Positions 28,256 to 37,419 of a stretch of DNA of 55,124 nucleotides are shown here, one piece after another. Made by a program: the position numbers and the translations under genes. This DNA is from a virus. Its lineage: Duplodnaviria > Caudoviricetes. The DNA lies in the IMG/VR virus record IMGVR_UViG_3300031470_000001, positions 1-55,124 of that record, one strand, 5' to 3'. Within the stretch, counting starts at the first letter, position 1. Every line of letters begins with the position of its first letter. The notes below the pieces were generated by a model. It saw only the letters and a program-made list of their open reading frames with translations. It was not told where the DNA came from and did not search any database.

Positions 28256-28724
28256 ACGGGCTATAGAGCCAGACGAAGCGCTGTTCGCTTTCCTGTCCGG
28301 CCTGCCTACGACGATCAAAACCGAGATCCTGCTCTTCGTTCTCATTTACGCATTCCAGGACGCTCATCAGCCGCCGTTTAGTGAGATGGATGCTGCCCTT
28401 CGCCGTCACCTCCTCGGCAAAGAGGGGCTACTGCGTGTCTCGGCCGTGCTCTGTGCGGGTGCTGCAACTGACCATGTACTTCGAGTTCGAACGCGAACCG
28501 CGTCACGTGCTCTTCAAACCGCCTTAAGGCGACAGCTAGGGCCGAAAATCCCGGAGCGGTTGGCGAAGCAATTTGCCACGCAAGAGCTGAGATCCGGCTT
28601 GATACGGAAGCATGTAGCCGCTGCCCTGCAAGCTTGGCGTGCTCTTCAAGCCGGCGTGCTATCTCATCCCAATCTGATGGACTTTGAAGATAGGTGTCTA
28701 GGTCCACAAGACCCTGCACCCTGA
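28245..28724 (+). CDS. Hypothetical protein
   Basis: Overlaps the RHH stop; start MKPERA. Confidence 0.55.
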   Translation: MKPERAIEPDEALFAFLSGLPTTIKTEILLFVLIYAFQDAHQPPFSEMDAALRRHLLGKEGLLRVSAVLCAGAATDHVLRVRTRTASRALQTALRRQLGPKIPERLAKQFATQELRSGLIRKHVAAALQAWRALQAGVLSHPNLMDFEDRCLGPQDPAP

Positions 28725-28778
28725 GAAAGCCGCCAAGGATGTTGGGATCCATCTTCAGTTCACCTTTCGAAGCGCGCG

Positions 28779-28994
28779 ATGAACGAGTACCGGATCACAG
28801 TCGAAAAGCTGACGCCCGAGGACGGTGGCGGCTATCTCGCTTGGGTTCCTGATCTCCCCGGCTGCATGTCGGACGGAGAAACGCCGGAAAAGGCTACACG
28901 GAATTGCCGGGAGGCGATTGGCGAATGGATCGATCACGCCATTCGCCATGGTAAGCAGATTCCAGCCCCTACGTCGGGCAAAGCCTACGCCTGA
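28779..28994 (+). CDS. hicB: HicB-family antitoxin (N-terminal domain only)
   Basis: EDGGGYLAWVPDLPGCMSDGETPEKA..N.REAI..WI...IPAP. Confidence 0.88.
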   Translation: MNEYRITVEKLTPEDGGGYLAWVPDLPGCMSDGETPEKATRNCREAIGEWIDHAIRHGKQIPAPTSGKAYA

Positions 28995-29001
28995 CCCCGA
29001 C

Positions 29002-29522
29002 CTAGTTCCGCCATTCCCCTTCGTCGAAGTCGTACTCAGCTTTCCCGCCGCTTTCGATCTCGGCGAACGCCACCGCGAAAGCCAGTGCCTCGTCATCGTC
29101 GAGGGCGAATGCGGTTTCCTCTGACATCCCGTTCTTGATCAGCCAGCAGGCTTGTCGGAAACCTGGCTGGCCGATGAGTTTTTTGCCGATTCCGCCACGC
29201 CTTTACTCGGCGTGTCGTCCTCGACACCATAGATCTGCTTCATACCTTCGATGACGGCCGTCAACCCTTCGTCCTCAAGCATGTCGAGGCGGGAGTTCAG
29301 CACCTGGCGGGTTTCGGGGAAGCCGAGATCCTTGTCGTCCACGGCCCGGACGTGGCAAACCACGCGAATGGTCGCGGCGGCGCTGTCGTTGGCGCCCATC
29401 TCGCCAGCCTTGAGCTGCTGGGATGGCTTCAGCCGGCCAACCTTGATGGCGCGCCCGAAGGCGTCGACCACCGTCACGGTTTCGGTGTAGCGGCGCTTGA
29501 CCGCGTCGAGGTCGATGCTCAC
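29002..29522 (-). CDS. Frameshifted tail chaperone (gpGT-like), -1 slip at A-AAA-AAC (29184-29178)
   Basis: -1 frame reads ...AKKLIGQPGFRQACWLIKNGMSEETAFALDDDEALAFAVAFAEIESGGKAEYDFDEGEWRN, stop at 29002. Confidence 0.8.
29139..29522 (-). CDS. Tail assembly chaperone (gpG-like)
   Basis: Follows the tail tube gene; slippery site near 3' end. Confidence 0.82.
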   Translation of the reverse strand: MSIDLDAVKRRYTETVTVVDAFGRAIKVGRLKPSQQLKAGEMGANDSAAATIRVVCHVRAVDDKDLGFPETRQVLNSRLDMLEDEGLTAVIEGMKQIYGVEDDTPSKGVAESAKNSSASQVSDKPAG

Positions 29523-29956
29523 GAGATAGGCCTCTTGTCGCCGGCCATACCCTTGCCGCGCGAAGTAATGTTCTTTTCGCGGCTGACGTCCGAGATGTCG
29601 TCGATGGCGAAGACGAAGCCGGTGTATCGAAACGCCCGCACCACACCGCCCGAGTAGCGCACCGTCTCGTTCAGAAACCCACCGGGGCAGTCGCCGCCTG
29701 CGTTGAACGTTGTGTCATAGGCGAGTTGGAAATCCTCGATGTCGGGATCCACCCGGATCAGGTCGAAGTCGATCTCGTAGCCGCCGGGAATGAAGCCGAA
29801 GCGCGGCACGTCGTTGTAGCGGCGAGACTCGATGCGATGGTTCGTCTTGCGGACCTTGACGCCGATGACGTCACCCATGTTGACGACCTGTTTGGTGCGG
29901 ACATCATAGAACGCGAACGTGTAATCCCGCCCCACGCTCATTCCATTTACGGACAT
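29519..29956 (-). CDS. Tail tube protein
   Basis: 145-aa beta-rich protein directly after the sheath gene. Confidence 0.8.
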   Translation of the reverse strand: MSVNGMSVGRDYTFAFYDVRTKQVVNMGDVIGVKVRKTNHRIESRRYNDVPRFGFIPGGYEIDFDLIRVDPDIEDFQLAYDTTFNAGGDCPGGFLNETVRYSGGVVRAFRYTGFVFAIDDISDVSREKNITSRGKGMAGDKRPIS

Positions 29957-29988
29957 GGTGGCTCCTTTTCAATCTGTGGGTTTAAGGA

Positions 29989-32076
29989 TTAGCCCGTTGC
30001 ACCGGCCAGCGAGGCGAGCGCTTGGCCCACCGATGTGGCCGATGTGGCGCTGTTCGTCACCGAGACATTGCCGCCGCCGTTAAGCTTGATGAGGAAGACG
30101 CGGACCGCATTGAGGTACAGGGCGGCGACATAAGCGTTCAGGAAGCCCCGCTGCACGCTCGCGGGGCTGTTGTTGTTGAGGTCGCACTGTGTCGCCGCAT
30201 CCTCGATCACGCCGTACCCATTGGAGCCGTAGGCCGGATCCTGAAGAATGCCGAAGAAGCTGTCCAGGATGGCCTTGGCCTTGGTGCGGGTCGGGTCGTC
30301 AGCACGCTGGGTGGACTGCAGAAGGCCGATGATCGACCGTGTCGCGGGACCGGCGAGCGACCGGGCGATGAAGTTCGTCAAGCGGCGGTATTCGACGCCA
30401 CGCCCGGCCGTGTTCGATGACGTTGTGCGACCGGTAACGAGGCTGAAATAGTCAGCTCCGAGCGACGCGGTGCGGCCGATGATGTCGACGCCCCCATCCT
30501 GGGCCAGCGCATTGTCGGCATTGGAGATCGGGATGCCGGTGGAAGACCCTTGCGTGGCCAGGACGCCCCTGAGCGGCTTGTTGATGGGCGATTGCTCCGG
30601 GCTGAGGTTGCCGTAGAGCCCGAGTGCGAACAGCGACGGATAGACGAGGCGGGATCCGTTGACGCCGTCGTTGAAAGTCGGCCAATCTCCCACGAGGAAG
30701 TCGCCGTCGAAGTCGTCGATGCCGGCGTTCTGACGAGCCGCAATGGCCCCGGCGATCGTGTCTCCTGCCGCCGTGGCAAACGAGAAGCCCGCCGTCTCGT
30801 CGATGGCTAGCGCCAGCATGGCGGGATAGATCGTCGTATCGACGCAATCGACCAGCGTGAATGTGTCCATGCCGGGGACCATCCCGCGGAGCGCATAGGC
30901 GCCGGTCCGGCTGAGGCCAGACCCGTCCTGTCCGGCCTGGATCAGCGAGGTGACGCCGGACGCCCCATCGGTGCCACCCGCGAGCGTATAGACGGGGCCG
31001 ATCGTGGGAGAGCCCGTTCCGGTGCCGGGCGTGAAAACCAGATAGCCGGATTTCGAACGCTGCTGTGTGCCGAGGTTGACGGCAGTGGCCAGCGCCGCCC
31101 CGAACGACATTGTCGGAATGATGGTGCCGGGCGTCGTTGCTCCGCCACCGACAAGCGTGAGCGACAGCGCGGGGCCCGCCGCGGTGTAATAGCCGCCGCC
31201 TGCCGAGATGATGGGCGCGCCGAGGCCCCAGGCGAGACCGAACGCAGCGCCTGAGCCCGCCCCAACAGCGCCACCGGCCGTCACGGTCGAGGTCTGCTGC
31301 CCAACGGTAGCGGGAACGGCACCTGAGGTGATGAGGCCGGGATTGGACACCGTCACGGTCGTGACGGCACCGCCCGTCACGGTCGCAACCGTCAGGACGA
31401 CGCCGGCACCGAGGGTGATCTTGTCCCCCACGACGTAGCCGGTGCCGCCGGTCGTCACCGTTGGGGCACCCACGGCCGTCAAGGTCGGTTGGATCGTGGC
31501 CTGGACGGCCGAGAGAGCCTTCTGCGGAGCCGTGACGACAGCCGAGGGAACGGAGGTGTAACCGGTGCCGGGCGTGGTGGTGACCGACGCGAGGCCGGTG
31601 AAGATGTTGTCGAACCGCTCGCCAAGGACGCCGGGGAATTGGATGATGGCGCTGTAGGAGCCAACGGCCGTCGAGCCCGCGAATGCGACCCCGATGCTGT
31701 TGCCGAGGGTGCCCGATGACCGCGCGGTAAAACGCCCGAGTGTGCTCGGCAGGACCACGCTGGCTGCGACGTCGGTGCCGTCGGTGACGCGCACGAAGCG
31801 ATATGAGCCCTGAGTGCCTTGGCTCAAATGAACTGCCAGTGCGGTGGCAAGATCGCCATAGCGGACCTGTGGACGGCCAAGCTTGGCATAACCGTCCGCA
31901 GCGCCCGAAGACGTGACAACGGTATTGGGCGTGCCCCAGGACGCCACGCCGACGTTGGCCTGGACGGATGTCGGCGCGCCGGTCAGAAACGGCGTCGGCG
32001 GAACGATGTCGATCGCCACGCCAGGCGTCGAGATCGCGGCAATGTTGACGGTGCCGTCGCGGAAGGTGATGGCCAA
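29989..32076 (-). CDS. Contractile tail sheath protein
   Basis: GVASWG.PN, FVRVTDGTD, LAGGTDG, LSPEQSP.NK, CDLNNN motifs. Confidence 0.9.
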   Translation of the reverse strand: MAITFRDGTVNIAAISTPGVAIDIVPPTPFLTGAPTSVQANVGVASWGTPNTVVTSSGAADGYAKLGRPQVRYGDLATALAVHLSQGTQGSYRFVRVTDGTDVAASVVLPSTLGRFTARSSGTLGNSIGVAFAGSTAVGSYSAIIQFPGVLGERFDNIFTGLASVTTTPGTGYTSVPSAVVTAPQKALSAVQATIQPTLTAVGAPTVTTGGTGYVVGDKITLGAGVVLTVATVTGGAVTTVTVSNPGLITSGAVPATVGQQTSTVTAGGAVGAGSGAAFGLAWGLGAPIISAGGGYYTAAGPALSLTLVGGGATTPGTIIPTMSFGAALATAVNLGTQQRSKSGYLVFTPGTGTGSPTIGPVYTLAGGTDGASGVTSLIQAGQDGSGLSRTGAYALRGMVPGMDTFTLVDCVDTTIYPAMLALAIDETAGFSFATAAGDTIAGAIAARQNAGIDDFDGDFLVGDWPTFNDGVNGSRLVYPSLFALGLYGNLSPEQSPINKPLRGVLATQGSSTGIPISNADNALAQDGGVDIIGRTASLGADYFSLVTGRTTSSNTAGRGVEYRRLTNFIARSLAGPATRSIIGLLQSTQRADDPTRTKAKAILDSFFGILQDPAYGSNGYGVIEDAATQCDLNNNSPASVQRGFLNAYVAALYLNAVRVFLIKLNGGGNVSVTNSATSATSVGQALASLAGATG

Positions 32077-32087
32077 GGGTCAGGTCC

Positions 32088-32378
32088 TCAGGCAGTGACG
32101 GGCTTGGGAGCCGGATCGGTGACGGGATCGGTGATGGGGACGAAGCTTCTGATGCCCACGGAGGGGAGCGGCTTCGGATCGGTCTTCGCGGCCGGTTCCG
32201 GTGCGGGTTCGGGAGCAGGCGGCGGGTCGTCTTCCCAGCGCTGGACGACGTGGGGATTGCCCCGAAGCCGGTCGACTACGATGGGATCGGAGATCTCTTC
32301 CCCGCGACTCCAGACGCGCATGGCACCGCCAGGGAGGCGTTCGGTGAACGCTTCCTGGACCGTCATTTCGAAGGGCAT
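32088..32378 (-). CDS. Small tail-associated hypothetical protein with Pro-rich tail
   Basis: Between terminator-like gene and sheath. Confidence 0.65.
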   Translation of the reverse strand: MPFEMTVQEAFTERLPGGAMRVWSRGEEISDPIVVDRLRGNPHVVQRWEDDPPPAPEPAPEPAAKTDPKPLPSVGIRSFVPITDPVTDPAPKPVTA

Positions 32379-32387
32379 GGGATGGTC

Positions 32388-33209
32388 CTAGTAGGCTCGG
32401 GTGAGCGAGGATGGGCCGGGCTTGATCGTCACATCCACCGATGTGACCTCGTAGGCCGGGTACGTCTCGACGGTGTCGAACGTGACTTGCACGGTGAGAT
32501 CGCGACGCCACGCAAGTTCGAGTTGGTTCTTGTCGGTCTGGGTCATGCCTTGCGTGATCAGCAGGGCCTCCGACGTGTCGGGCAGAATGATGGTGAGGTT
32601 CTGCGCCACCGCGACCTTGAGCGCCCGCGCCACCACGGTCCGGTCGGACGGGTTCGGTGCCCAAACCCCCAGGATGACGTTCTGACGTTCGCGATCGATG
32701 GTCCTGCCCATCGTGGCGGGCGCGCCGATGCGGACCGTGATTGATGGGCCGGATGTCAGGGAAACCGTCGATCCCGAAACCGCGGCACCTGGGATTTGCG
32801 CCGCGAGCGCGGCCGCCACGATCTGGACGGTGTCACCGGCAATGGCAGGGTAGGAATAAGCATGGGTGCCGACGACCACGGTGGCGTATTCACCGAGCGT
32901 CGGCGTGCCGGAAAGCGTGAACGACAGGTCCGACACCACAGCCGACATGCCGTGGACCGGCGCCACGATCACGCCGTCGCTGGACCCGCTGAGCGGCACC
33001 GGTAGCTTCGCGGTCGAGGATGGCACCGCATAGACCGTGACGAAGATCGTGCCCTGCGGCAGGCCGGCGTCGAGATCTTCCGAGACGACCCAGCCTTGGG
33101 CAATGTCGATGGGCTTGCCTGAGACGGAAAGGGAAGACGTACCCTTCGGATAGCAGGCCGCGATGGCGATTTGCTCAAGCGCGTCGGTGACGTCGGTGAT
33201 ATCTGCCAC
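32388..33209 (-). CDS. Tail terminator/completion protein
   Basis: MADITDV..AL, WAPNP..R, WRRDL motifs; position. Confidence 0.68.
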   Translation of the reverse strand: MADITDVTDALEQIAIAACYPKGTSSLSVSGKPIDIAQGWVVSEDLDAGLPQGTIFVTVYAVPSSTAKLPVPLSGSSDGVIVAPVHGMSAVVSDLSFTLSGTPTLGEYATVVVGTHAYSYPAIAGDTVQIVAAALAAQIPGAAVSGSTVSLTSGPSITVRIGAPATMGRTIDRERQNVILGVWAPNPSDRTVVARALKVAVAQNLTIILPDTSEALLITQGMTQTDKNQLELAWRRDLTVQVTFDTVETYPAYEVTSVDVTIKPGPSSLTRAY

Positions 33210-33211
33210 GT

Positions 33212-33601
33212 CTACTCGCCCGCGACGGCCTCGGCGACGAAATCCGCCAAAGACTTGCCTCGCGACACAGTCAAGTGCCCGTGCGGCATGACCAGCCAGT
33301 CTAGCGTGGCCATTGCGGCCCGAAATACGCGGCTGTCGGCACCAGTGTCGGCCTCACCAGCCCGCTTGGACAATTCCACCCGCTCATGGTCCAAGCCTAT
33401 GATGCGGATGATGACCTCCGCCACAGACTCCCTCAAGGCAAAGCCAGCATGCAGGTCGAGCGAGACGGTTGTTATTTTGTCACGTGTCGCGCGGACAGTA
33501 ACCTCGGTCACACCGCCCAAGCTGACGCCGTCGACCGTCAGTTTCCCGCCACGTCCCGGATTTAGGTCAAGACTGACTTTGGGCAATCCATTCACCGGCA
33601 T
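33212..33601 (-). CDS. Hypothetical protein
   Basis: Tightly packed in the neck region. Confidence 0.6.
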   Translation of the reverse strand: MPVNGLPKVSLDLNPGRGGKLTVDGVSLGGVTEVTVRATRDKITTVSLDLHAGFALRESVAEVIIRIIGLDHERVELSKRAGEADTGADSRVFRAAMATLDWLVMPHGHLTVSRGKSLADFVAEAVAGE

Positions 33602-33604
33602 TGA

Positions 33605-34639
33605 TCAGTTCTCCAACCGCACGGTTTCAAGCCGATACCCGACCGGCGTCCACCCAGCGGCGCTGACCTGATGCCGGATTCCCTCTTCGTCCGTCACAAT
33701 ATCGCGGTCGTGGATCGTGCCCTTCGGGGCTGCGGACTGTGGCAGGTAGATCCGCCACCGGCTCGGGCCTGGCGCGTCGGTCGGGGTCTCACCCGTACCT
33801 GTGGCGCGGCCCGTCGAGCCGATCATGGCACAGGGGATGCCGATGACGATGTCGGTCTCGCCGGCCCCGGACGGCACGACAGCGGTGCTGACGCCGCGGT
33901 AGCGCCCGGTGCTGCCTGGCTGACTCGGCAGGCCTTGGGCTTGCCCTCCCGCCACGTTACGTTCGCTGTTCGAGCGCGAGATGGTGGCGAGACGATTGCA
34001 TTGCACCGCCACCACGGGGCGGAGCGGCGGCATGTCGGCGATGAAGAATGTTCCGCTCGACCCCACGAGGTAGTCGCCGATCCTGATGTTGGAAAAATCG
34101 GCCTGCATGGCGAACAGGAGGTCCTCGAACGTGGATGACCGCTTGAAGTCGAAACCGGAGGACTTGGCGCTCGTCACCACGACGGGCGTGGTCTCGATCG
34201 GAGCCGTCGACAGTGGGTTGTTGCCGGTCGAGCGATAGACCCTGTATGGCGTGCCAAGCGCTGCCGCAGTCGTGGCATAAGCGGCGAGGACACCGGACCC
34301 GACCGGAGAGAACTTGCCGATCAGGGTCCAGACCGCCCTTGCGGGATCGGTGGAAACCGCCGGCTTCGTGTCGATGTTCGACACCACGACGAATGTGGAC
34401 CCTTGAAGGGCAACGACGTCACCTGAGGCCGGCTCGACCGCGAGCGAGTTGGCCAACACGAGGGCCTTGACATCCGGGTTCGTGAGAGCACCTCCGGAGC
34501 CAGAATCCTTGCCCCATTGGTCGAAGATCGCGCGGCAGGGGTAGGACGTCGCACCGCGGGTCATGGTCGCGGGCAGGAACAGGCCGCTCATGGCCTTGCC
34601 GATGGTGCGGGCAAGAGAACCCGCGAGCAGCGATGTCAC
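33605..34639 (-). CDS. Head-tail joining/closure protein, apparently two-domain
   Basis: About 110-aa N-domain ending TDPARAVW plus C-domain GDYLVG..GTFFIA...QCNR. Confidence 0.62.
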   Translation of the reverse strand: MTSLLAGSLARTIGKAMSGLFLPATMTRGATSYPCRAIFDQWGKDSGSGGALTNPDVKALVLANSLAVEPASGDVVALQGSTFVVVSNIDTKPAVSTDPARAVWTLIGKFSPVGSGVLAAYATTAAALGTPYRVYRSTGNNPLSTAPIETTPVVVTSAKSSGFDFKRSSTFEDLLFAMQADFSNIRIGDYLVGSSGTFFIADMPPLRPVVAVQCNRLATISRSNSERNVAGGQAQGLPSQPGSTGRYRGVSTAVVPSGAGETDIVIGIPCAMIGSTGRATGTGETPTDAPGPSRWRIYLPQSAAPKGTIHDRDIVTDEEGIRHQVSAAGWTPVGYRLETVRLEN

Positions 34640-34740
34640 TTCTTACGGGACGCCTTGGCGAGCGTCTTTGCAGCGGCGCTCTTAGCGGGCTTCGATGTCT
34701 TGGTGCTAGCCAAGGTCTTGGACGCTGTGGTTTTCTTCAT
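34636..34740 (-). CDS. 34-aa Lys/Ala/Thr/Ser-rich basic peptide (not in ORF track)
   Basis: MKKTTASKTLASTKTSKPAKSAAAKTLAKASRKK; GAGG RBS; GTGA-coupled to next gene. Confidence 0.72.
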   Translation of the reverse strand: MKKTTASKTLASTKTSKPAKSAAAKTLAKASRKK

Positions 34741-34741
34741 G

Positions 34742-35335
34742 TCACCCTCTTGTGGCTCGCGAGGTCAGGCCGCTTCGCACCCCGATGAGGCCGGACAAGG
34801 CAGCGTCGATGATCTGAAAGATGGTCTGAGCAGAAGCTGCCGATGCGTACTTCACCTCGACAGGCCCGGCCTTCAGCAGCGATACCGCGCCGCCACGTTC
34901 CAGATCCGGTTGAAGAACACCTGGCTCCGCATATTCGCGGATCGCCGCAAGACAAGTGGCATTGACGATCTCTGGCGGGATCGCATTGATGCCGATAGGA
35001 TCATAGGGCCATGCTGTGTAGCCGTAGCCGCTCCCACCCCTGCCGTACCCATAGAGGTAGGGCGATGGAGTCGCATTATCGGCATAGCTGTAGAAAGCGC
35101 CGGTACGCGGCCACTCCCTGCCTTGAGCGCGCCTGAACGTCCGATAGCCTGGAAATCGAAGCCGGTAGCCGTCGTCTATGTAGGCTGACGCTACCCTCAG
35201 TGCTGCCTCAGCTTGGGACAACGCAGTCACGTCGAACGTCAAGTTGTGGCTGATCGCGTAGCTGGAACATCCAGCAACGCTCACATAGCTTTCTGCCGTA
35301 GCCACGCCAGTTCCATCCTCGACGAGGAGTGTCAA
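34742..35335 (-). CDS. Head-tail adaptor (DnaT-like phage family)
   Basis: VEDGTG...AESYVSVA, AL..AS.YID, QGREWPR, IPPEI.NA. Confidence 0.8.
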   Translation of the reverse strand: MTLLVEDGTGVATAESYVSVAGCSSYAISHNLTFDVTALSQAEAALRVASAYIDDGYRLRFPGYRTFRRAQGREWPRTGAFYSYADNATPSPYLYGYGRGGSGYGYTAWPYDPIGINAIPPEIVNATCLAAIREYAEPGVLQPDLERGGAVSLLKAGPVEVKYASAASAQTIFQIIDAALSGLIGVRSGLTSRATRG

Positions 35336-35577
35336 GCGAGATCAGCCTTGGCGGATTCCGCCTCTGCCTCCGTCTTGAAACCCGACGTCAGAGCTTCGCC
35401 ACCGCGCTTCACGAACCAAAGTCCCCGCGCACCCTTTTGGACGCGGAAATCATCAGTATCGGTGGGCATGGGATCAACCCACATCTCATGTTCACCTTCG
35501 CGGTAGTCGGCCGCATTGACGTTCATGACGACGTCATGATCAAGGGGGTGGTGAATGGCGACAGTAGGAAGGATCAT
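35332..35577 (-). CDS. Small head-associated hypothetical protein
   Basis: In the head cluster; overlaps the adaptor start. Confidence 0.6.
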   Translation of the reverse strand: MILPTVAIHHPLDHDVVMNVNAADYREGEHEMWVDPMPTDTDDFRVQKGARGLWFVKRGGEALTSGFKTEAEAESAKADLA

Positions 35578-35600
35578 CGGCTACGCCCTCGCATACCGGA

Positions 35601-36065
35601 TCAGTCGCGGCTCCAGCCTGCCCGCAGGTAGTTACCGACCATATCCGGATGCACCCTGATCGTCACCCGATCCGGGCTGTCGGGCGTGATCCGATAGAGA
35701 TCAACGGTCTTGCCGTCGCCGTCCGTTGTGCCCGGAAGAGGCTGTGGATTGGCAGGATCGTTCCCGAACTTTTGAGCCATATGTTCGTCAGCCGGCATGT
35801 CACCGGGGATCGGCGCCATGATCTTGGCTTCCTCGGCGGTACTGACGCCTGCAGGCGCCGTCTCTTCTGCTGTGACCTGAGCCAGCTTGGCGTTTGCGTT
35901 ATCGGCGTCAGCCTTGGCCTTATCGGCCGACAACTGCTCCTTGGTCTTCGTAGAATCGTTGGCCTTGTTCTGCATTTCGACGGCCTTGGTCTGAGCCGCC
36001 ATAGCGTCAGCCTTGGCCTTGTCGGTATCGGAATACGGGGTGAGCGTTTGCGCGTCGGCCATCAA
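35601..36065 (-). CDS. Head-associated hypothetical protein
   Basis: AGGAGG RBS; immediately after the capsid gene. Confidence 0.7.
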   Translation of the reverse strand: MMADAQTLTPYSDTDKAKADAMAAQTKAVEMQNKANDSTKTKEQLSADKAKADADNANAKLAQVTAEETAPAGVSTAEEAKIMAPIPGDMPADEHMAQKFGNDPANPQPLPGTTDGDGKTVDLYRITPDSPDRVTIRVHPDMVGNYLRAGWSRD

Positions 36066-36119
36066 GGCCTCCTAAACCAAAAGATGGAGGAACACGGGGA
36101 CATTTAAGGCCCCGCTCAA

Positions 36120-37274
36120 TCAGCCAAGCAGAAGGGCGATATGAGCCGGGTTAACAGCGGCTTGGCCCCATGCTAAACCGACTTCGTAGCGCACCTGATG
36201 ATAACCGACGTAGCGGCCGACATCGAACACGAGGCCCGAGAAATCATCGAGCACAAGCTGATGCTCACCCATGTCTCCGCCGAGGGGAAGAGCCGGAGGG
36301 CGCGTTGCCAGGACCATCGCGTCCTGCGTAAAGCCGATGTTTGGGGTGAAGCTACCACCGATCGTAAGCGCATCGCCAGCCGCATGAACGATTTTCAGCC
36401 CAGGCGACTGGATCGAAATGGTACCGGGCGCCGAAGCGCCAGCCGCCACGACGTATTGATAGGTATCGCCAGCCAGGGTGATCACGTCTCCGGCGAGCAC
36501 GGTGCCGGTGCCAGTCGTCACGGGTAGCGCGGTGGTGCCGACCGGATAGGTTCCGGCCCCAAGTACATACCCAGCGCCGGTCCCCTTCGTGATCCCCCTG
36601 ATGCCGGGCGAATAACCAATCTTGAAGCCTTCGACTGCGCCAACTGTTCCGCGACGTAGAAGGTCATCGGTACCGGCCTCGTTCGCCTTGAACAGAACCG
36701 ACTGACTGCCGCGAAGGTTGGCCATCGCGCCCGAGTTGACGATGATGGAACGCGCAACGTTGGGCGCGCCATTCTCGTCAAGGATCTGAGCAGTACGAGC
36801 AAAGTCGCCAAGGTTATTGGCAATGCCAAACGGCGCCGTTCCTGCCGTGCCCGAGGCCCGCGAGGCCGCAGCGTATGCCGTGCTGGCGAGGCTTTGTTCG
36901 ACCTCAGTAACAGCAGCGTTGAAAGCCTGCTGAAACTGCTGGCGCAGCATGGGGGCGAACGTCGGTCCATTGTTGTTGACGGCAAGTTCCTCCTCGCCGT
37001 TCCACTTGATGGGGTAATAGCGCGACTTGCTGATCGTCAGGTTGGTCAGGCCGAAAATCTGATCACCGTCGTTCGGCGGCACCATGCTGGGCACGATATC
37101 GGAACCAGATATGGTCGGCACCGTGAACGAGGTCACGGTCTGACCGAGAGCAGCACGACTGAAGTTGCCATTATCCCGCGTAACACCGGGGATGAAGCCA
37201 ACAAAAGTTCGGCTGACCGAATTGAGCGCTTCATAGAGCGGGGCGATCAGACCGGCTGGAAAGGTATTCGCCAT
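36120..37274 (-). CDS. Major capsid protein, P22 coat-like family
   Basis: MANT start, VSR..VGFIPGV, YEVGLAWG...NPAHIALLLG; follows scaffold. Confidence 0.88.
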   Translation of the reverse strand: MANTFPAGLIAPLYEALNSVSRTFVGFIPGVTRDNGNFSRAALGQTVTSFTVPTISGSDIVPSMVPPNDGDQIFGLTNLTISKSRYYPIKWNGEEELAVNNNGPTFAPMLRQQFQQAFNAAVTEVEQSLASTAYAAASRASGTAGTAPFGIANNLGDFARTAQILDENGAPNVARSIIVNSGAMANLRGSQSVLFKANEAGTDDLLRRGTVGAVEGFKIGYSPGIRGITKGTGAGYVLGAGTYPVGTTALPVTTGTGTVLAGDVITLAGDTYQYVVAAGASAPGTISIQSPGLKIVHAAGDALTIGGSFTPNIGFTQDAMVLATRPPALPLGGDMGEHQLVLDDFSGLVFDVGRYVGYHQVRYEVGLAWGQAAVNPAHIALLLG

Positions 37275-37419
37275 GGTTTTAACCTGTCAAAGAAGAGGAT
37301 TGATGTTCAGGGTTGCCATCTGGCCTGAGCACCGATCCCCATCCAGGGCTTCGGTCAGCGATGCGCGTTTGTGTGAAGTATTCTTGATTGAACCTCATCC
37401 GAGGTCGGTGGAGGTGATG

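Noticed and set aside
11236-33209. Stand-alone tailocin, eCIS or T6SS
   Set aside because: Complete head, terminase, replication and immunity modules are attached
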